A stretch of DNA of 64,000 nucleotides from Prorocentrum cordatum. Taxonomy: Eukaryota. The translations under genes and the position numbers were made by a program. This document shows positions 57,709 to 64,000 of the stretch, one piece after another. The notes beneath the pieces are model-generated. The model made no database searches, was not told the DNA's origin, and saw only the letters and a list, made by a program, of their open reading frames with translations. Numbering within the stretch: the stretch's first letter is position 1; each line of letters starts with the position of its first letter. Location: assembly GCA_963575745.1 (NCBI GenBank), contig CAUYUJ010000162.1, forward strand, positions 1 through 64,000, given 5' to 3'.

Positions 57709-60632
57709 ATGGCCCATAGGAAGTAAGCTGCTAAGAAAGCTGCGGCGAAAGCAAAATGTGGGGCAGTGCCTGCAGGCCTGGAGGTCCCCGATGCGTGCAA
57801 GGACAACAACGTTGACCACTTGGGGCTTGTGTCCCAATGGCTGGATGCGGTCCGTGCCGACCCGCTGGTCTCTTACAAGTGGGAGGAGGTCTTGAGCATG
57901 GCAAACGGTGCCCACATGGCAGGCTACACCAAGAGCGACTTCGACACCGCAATGCGAAACGGCACGAGCTACACCTGCGCAGGCGGCTTCGCTTGGCAGG
58001 ATTGCTTGAAGTCGCCAAGTCCGGGTGTTTCCATTAGCACAAAGTAAGTCTTGAGGGATATCGAGACTTCTTTCCCAGGGGGGGAGCCGCCCAAGATCGG
58101 GGTCCAGCAGCCCATCATCATCCAAGTGCTGGGGGACGAGTACAATCCAATGGAGCACGTGGGTGCAATGAAGCGGCTTTCGCCTTGTGAATTTGTTCAC
58201 GCCTTACTGGGTGGCGCCGAGTTGGCCGTGGAGAAGCAAGTGCCAGACGCCGTGAAGCGACAGTGGAACGCGATCCTCCGGTCTGTCACCCTTCGCTTCC
58301 AGAAGCTGACTGAGGATCAGGTTAAGAACGGCATGTCCATTGCGGCGTTCTCGCACAGGGAGACGCTGGTCCAGGACATGGAGCGAGCAGGGTGGACGAC
58401 ACTCCAGCGCATCGAGTCCGTGCTCATCGAACGTGCCAGGCTCGCGAAGGAGTTATCGAAGCAGGTGAACGAGCCCGTCCTCACCAAGCACTTGAAGAAC
58501 GTCCGGCTGGCGGACTCCAGTGAGCCAATGAACAAATCGTTCGTTGATTGTTGTCTGACTATCGAATCACGGTTGAAGTCCATTGCCTCTTGCCAGTCTG
58601 TGCTCCGTGCTTTCGAAGAGGAGTCGCCGAATATGGTCAGCACGCCGCTCAACAGCGTCTACAAACTCAATGCCATCATCAGTAAGGCTCGCGTCCCGGA
58701 GGACATCGAATGGACCATGCAGGCATTGTACGACGGCTTCAAGATGGGATATATTCACATCGGTGAGTTCAGTATGGTGAAGCTGTCTCAGATCCTGTGC
58801 AGCTGCGCGCTGTTGCAGAAGAAGTTCAAGGAGTGGGTGTTCCGGTTCATCGATAAGCACCACTTCAAGCCAGAGTTCAATGCGAAGATTCGGGAGTATT
58901 TGTCTTCGCATTCCAAGTGCCGACAGGCCCTCACCAACCGCCCAGGGGACGCCGTGGACGACATAGCTTTCCTCAGTGCTTGGCCGCAGAGCTCCGCCAT
59001 GATCCTGACGCTTGCAGAGTCTATCATCTACGGGGACAGCTACAAGTCCTCAATGCGGAACTGCATCCAGGCTCGCAAAAGTGTGTTGGAATTTGTGGAG
59101 TACCCGTCCGTGAAGACCGAATTGGACAAGTGCCTTCAACAACTGGAGGCTGAGGCGACGACCCCAGCCTGCGACATCACCGTGACCGCCGGTGACGAGA
59201 AGAATGGTAAACCGACCGCCTCTCTCGTTACGCACGCTGTTGGCGCTGAGGACACCAAATTAGAGGAAGCAGTGAAGGCCCTCGAGGAGACGCAGCTCAA
59301 AGATCTCAACAGAGAGTTGGACAAGCACGTGCGCAGGTACTGCTCCTTTAACGTCTACCCCACCCATATGAACGAGCTGAAGACTATGACAGAGTCAAGC
59401 GAGCTGGCAAAGCAGGCCGGGGACGGAAGCGGATTCGCCATGATTCTCTTCAACGCTGACGCTTGGTGCGAAGCTGCATCGCAACCCAGGTCCCGCAAGC
59501 CCCCTGTGCCAGACAAACTGTACGAGCGAGCAGTGGCCGCGGTCATGATGGGCCGCTTCCGAGGCGAGGACGCTTCGAACGCCACCCTCAACGAAGGCGA
59601 TTTGGTATGCTGCCTGGATGGCTCCAGGCCAGGCCTCGTGAAGCGCCTGGTCAAGCCTTGGGTCAAAGGCCTGGCGAAGACGACGAAGCTGGAGGGAGAG
59701 GACGCTGAGGATGACCTGGATGACGATGCACATCCAGGCGACGTCGAGGTCAAGAAGGGCTACTGTGAGCGAAAGGTCGACTGTTTCATGCTGGAGTCTT
59801 CGGCGAAGGCGAGGAAGGGCAAAGTGAGGGGCACGGCGCTGCTGTGCTAGACGTTTCGAGTCCACCTTGTATCGAAAACTCCGATTTGCCTCCCAGAGCG
59901 TGCGTGCGACATCTACCAGGGCCAGACCAAGCGTGGCACTATTTTGGGGCCCGTGGTGCTCGGCAACCCCGACAACGAGTGGGTCGACACCGTGCTGAAC
60001 AAGAAGAAGATCTATGGCTCTTGGCGCATCCCAGTGAGAGGACTATGCCCCAACGGCGATAAGGAGAAACGCCCTGATGCATCGGTAGAGCGCGTGTTCT
60101 TCAACTCGCTCCCATCGACGTTCTTCGAGGCCCTCTTCAAGCGTTTCTACGTAAAGGTCGTCTACGACATGACCCCTGAATGCGGCGGGGCGGCCTTCGC
60201 CTGCGCCAAACTTAGGATTGGATACTACGGTCTGTGCATGACCACCGAACATGCGGAGCAGATCCGCTCCATGCCATGACGCGGACTTCCGTGCTTGCCG
60301 AGATGAAGACCACTGGCAGCCCGATCTACAGCACCGCGATCGCCGCCATCATGAAGTCCACTGGGAATGATCCTAAGGCTGAGCCCAAGAAGAGGTCGAG
60401 GCCTGGCAAGAAGGAGGGCAAAGATGGCAATCCCGAGGGGGGAAAGAAACCTAAGAAGCTGGGGGCGGACGATGCCGCCGGCAAGAAGGACACGAAGGCT
60501 AAGGCCAAGAAGCCCAAGAAGACGATTGACCAAGACGGCGAGGGTGGAGACGGGTCGAATTCCTCGCTCTCGGACGGCAGCGCGTGGGATGACAAGGAGG
60601 ATCCTTGCTCAGATGGTGACGACTTTCGCTGA
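57709..60632 (+). pseudogene. Large (~970 codon) gene with a possible degenerate beta-class N6/N4 DNA methyltransferase-like C-terminal domain
   Basis: One frame from ATG 57709 through TAA 57724, TAA 58045 and TAG 59848 to ~60275, then a frameshift to a Lys-rich/acidic tail ending TGA 60632. LPSTFFEALFKRFYVKVVYDMTPECGGAAFACAKLRIGYYGLCM resembles KPxxLxxxLI...VLDPFxGSG...AAxxLGRxxIGxE. The coding origin is well supported; the domain call is tentative. Confidence 0.65.
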
Positions 60633-61479
60633 GGGCTGCGCCAGAGCTTGCGAATTTCAATTTCAATGAATGATTCCGATGGAACCGCTGATCACAAGCC
60701 CTCCCTGCGGACCCGTCGCCGGGGTCGACGGGTCGCCAGGGGTTTACAGGGGGGGCGTCTGCAGCCAATCTTACACCTCTTCTGCACTGGATTGGATAGA
60801 TAGTGCTGCTCGAAGCAAGCTGAATCATGAGCTCACCAAGCAATCGACTTGCGTGATGGACGTCTCGGCGGTTTCCAGTATCAAGTGGCCTGCGGCCTAT
60901 TATTCCGCCACTGTGCCTGGATCAGACGCTTCTTGGGGTCTGTAGGGGAACCTCTCTGGATCATCTTGGGAACACTCGGGGGCACCCTTGGGGCCTTTCG
61001 GGGGTTAGGCTCGGGGGCTCCCGGGGAACTCACTCTCGGGGGCTGCTGGCGGTTACTGGGGCAAGGGGAGGGCTTGGACTGACAATTCGCGTTCCCCCTC
61101 TTAGGCTCCTCTTGGGGCTCCTTGCGGCCCTTTTTGGACTCTTGGGGGCCCCTGGCCCGTCTTAACTCGGCGACATGTCCTTCTTGGGGGCCTCTTGGGC
61201 CGTCTTGAGTCCGTCTTGGGCGTCTTGGAACGCTCTTGGCCAGTATCAAGGCCCTCTTGGATAGTTTTGGGGGCCTCATTGGACCCTCTTGGCCCGAGGC
61301 CTCCTGAGGAAATCCACCCCTTGGGCCTCAAAGGGACCTGAGGACTCTCCAACTCGTACCTCGAAGCACGGTTGCGGATCATCGGGAAACGCGTTCTGTT
61401 GTGAAACGTGTTGTCTTCAATCGATTCAGACATTATCCCAGTGCGACCCTACCTAGGAGTTGGAGCATTCAGGAAAGCA

Positions 61480-62357
61480 ACATCTACATCTACACCGACA
61501 GCTACATTAACATCTACACCTGCATCTACATCTACATCAACAGCGAGACTCACATCTACATTAACATCCACACCTACATCTACATCTACACCTACATATG
61601 CATCTGCATCTACACCTACACCTACATCCACATTTACACCTACACCTACATATACATATAATATATCATGTCGCATTGGTGTTGCTGTTGCGTTGGATGT
61701 AATGCTATGCTATGATTTGCTTGGCTAAGCTATGATATGCTATGATATGATGTGGTAATGATGCGCTGCGCTATGATGCGCTAAGCTAAGCTAAGGTAAA
61801 TTAAGCTATGTTTCGCTGTGCTATGCTATGCTATGCTATGCTGTGTTATGCTGCGCTATGATATGCTATGATATGCTGCGCTATGATGTGCTATGTGAGG
61901 CTATGATATGAGATGAGATGTTGCGCTATGCTATGCTATGATACGCTATGCTGCGCTATGCTATGCTATGCTATGACATGCAGTAATGTGCTGTGCTATG
62001 ATATGCTGCGCTGTGCTATGCTAAGCAATGCAATGCTATGCTATGCTATGCTGCATTGTGCTATGCTATGCTATGATATGCTGAGCTATGCTATGCTATG
62101 CTATGCTATGCTATACTTGGCTATGCCATGCTATACTATACTGTGCTAATGCTGCGCTGCGCTATGCTGCGCTGCGCAGAGCTAAGCTAAGGTAAGCTAA
62201 GCTATGCTACGCTAAGCGAAGCTAAGCTAGGCTAAGCTAAGCTAAGCCAAGCCAAGCCAAGCTAAGCCAAGCTAAGCTAAGCTGAGCTAAGCTAAGTCAA
62301 GCTAATCTCAGCTAAGCTAAGCTGTGCTAGCTAATAAGCTAAGCTAAGCTAAGCTAG
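61480..62357. repeat. Compound microsatellites (TACAYC)n, (CTATG)n and (GCTAA)n
   Basis: Direct inspection. Confidence 0.95.
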
Positions 62358-63479
62358 GCAAAGCGGGGGATCCTGGGGGAACCGCGGGGCGGGGACTGGG
62401 GGAACCGTCCGGGGCGTTTTACACTGCCCGGCCCCTTTAAGCAAACAAAATAAGAACCCTCTAGGCATAGCCTAGGTAGGGAATCATCAATGACTGTTGT
62501 TGTGATGGTTGTCCGATCGAATCTAGCGCGTGAGAGTGCTGAGGCTGCCAAGTTTACCTCGAGAGATCCGGGGCGCACCACGCACCACAACTGAGCTAAT
62601 ATCATCATACATCCGTCGATCCTTCCCTCTCCCTCTTCCGCCTCACACAACACCTCCATTCATCATCATCATCCTCCCCCTCATTCTTCTCCGCGTCCTC
62701 CTCCTCGTCTGCAACCCCTCACCAAACGGGGGGATATGGGGTGGCTGCCCCGACAGAGCCGCTCGGGGGCCAGGGCCTCCAAGCCCGGCGCCCCCGCCAT
62801 GGGCGGGCTTGGGTCGCAGGGGGCCGCCGTCGCCGTCGTCGCCGCCGTCGTCGCCGCCGTCGTCGCCGCCATCGTCGTGCCGTCGCCGCCGTCGTCGTTA
62901 TTATCGTCGCCGTCGTCGCCGTCGCCGCCGTCGCCGTCGTCGTCGCCGCCATCGTGGTGCTCGTCGCTCGTCGAATGTTTTCGGATGTTCCCGGTGGCTT
63001 TCTGTCATTTTCGGAGGCTCTCGGAAGTCCCTGGTGCTCTCAGAGGCTCCCAAGGATTCCGCCGGGCGCGGGCGACCCCGCCTGCTCCGGCGCCCTCCGA
63101 GGGAAGAAGGAGGAGGGGGGGAGCATAAGGATGATTAGGGGGATGGGAAGGAGTCCGCCCGGCCACCGCAACTATCTTACATTAGACCTACACATGTCAC
63201 CCGAACCTCCAATGTCAAAGGAGCCAGGAGGGGGGGGGAGGAAAAGGAGGAGGAGGGAGGAGGAGGATTTAAATGTGAGCACAGATGATCCCTCGGTGGA
63301 TTACATGTATTCGCCGGCCCAACGGGCCAGAGGCGTGCTAAGATCTCCGGTAACTGGTTAACAATTCTCTAGTTCGCGCGCGCGGGGCGGCCCCTGGGGG
63401 TCCCCGGACGAAAAGGGGCGATCCCCGACCGACCCCCGGGAGACTCCCCCGGAGCGCTCCAGGAGCGCTCCATGAGCGC

Positions 63480-64000
63480 ACCAACAGGGCTCCGAGACGT
63501 CCCCGAGAGCCCCAAGAAAGGCCAAGAGGCCCCCAAGAGGCCCCCAAGATGGTACACGAGGGGTCCGACATGCCACAAGATCGCTCCAAGACGCCCAAGA
63601 TAGCCCCCAGACGCCCCAAGAGGCCTCCAAGAGCACTCCCAAGAGGGCCCCCGGAGGCAAAAATCATTGTTTTTCCTTAGGTTTTTGAGAGATTTTGGAG
63701 CTTCCACCTTTTCGGCTTCCCGACGCCCCAAGACGGCCCAAGAGGCCCCCAAGATCGCCCCAAGAGGGCCCAAGAGGCCCCCAAGAGGGCCCCAAGATGG
63801 CCCAAGAGGGCTCGAAGACGGCCCAAGAAGCCTCCAAGACGGTCCAAGAGGGCCCCAAGAATGCCCCCAAAGGGGCCCCAGAGAGGGAACACGAAACAAC
63901 ATTTCGAGCCCTCGGCCCTAAGAAGCCCCTACGAGGCCCCAAGAGGCCCCCAAGAGGCCCCAAGAGGCCCCCACGAGGGCCTCAGGAGGCCCCCAAGAGT
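63480..64000. repeat. GGCCCCAAGA-based dispersed repeat array
   Basis: Same ~10-11-mer as at 5160-5300, 28956-30600, 42480-42930 and 61100-61300. Confidence 0.9.

Noticed and set aside
54737..60632. Bacterial restriction-modification operon or contamination
   Set aside because: SL relics, eukaryotic repeat context and no recognisable endonuclease argue against it.
62180..62357. Telomere-like repeat
   Set aside because: (GCTAA)n is internal and is not the TTTAGGG-type repeat.

Overview
Eukaryotic, GC-rich, repeat-saturated DNA, very probably from a dinoflagellate. Degenerate copies of the dinoflagellate spliced leader (DinoSL, DCCGTAGCCATTTTGGCTCAAG) lie just upstream of almost every credible gene start, and two GT-AG introns can be read directly. 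Most of the ORF track is artefact from microsatellites, satellites and foldback/MITE-like elements. The credible coding content is: (1) a ~7.6 kb TIR-bounded DNA transposon (about 9132-16701) with arrays of a palindromic 19-mer at both ends and three co-oriented minus-strand genes, namely a decayed CMC/CACTA-like DDE transposase and two unknown cargo genes, each preceded by an SL-like motif; (2) an intact, intronless C5 cytosine DNA methyltransferase (54737-55891) followed by a decayed ~970-codon gene whose C-terminal part resembles a beta-class N6/N4 DNA methyltransferase fold, both with SL relics; (3) a PIF1/Helitron-like helicase C-terminal fragment next to a 160-bp tandem array; (4) a spliced, decayed hypothetical gene at 3244-4530. 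No rRNA, tRNA or CRISPR array is supported. All family assignments come from motif reading by eye, not database searches.
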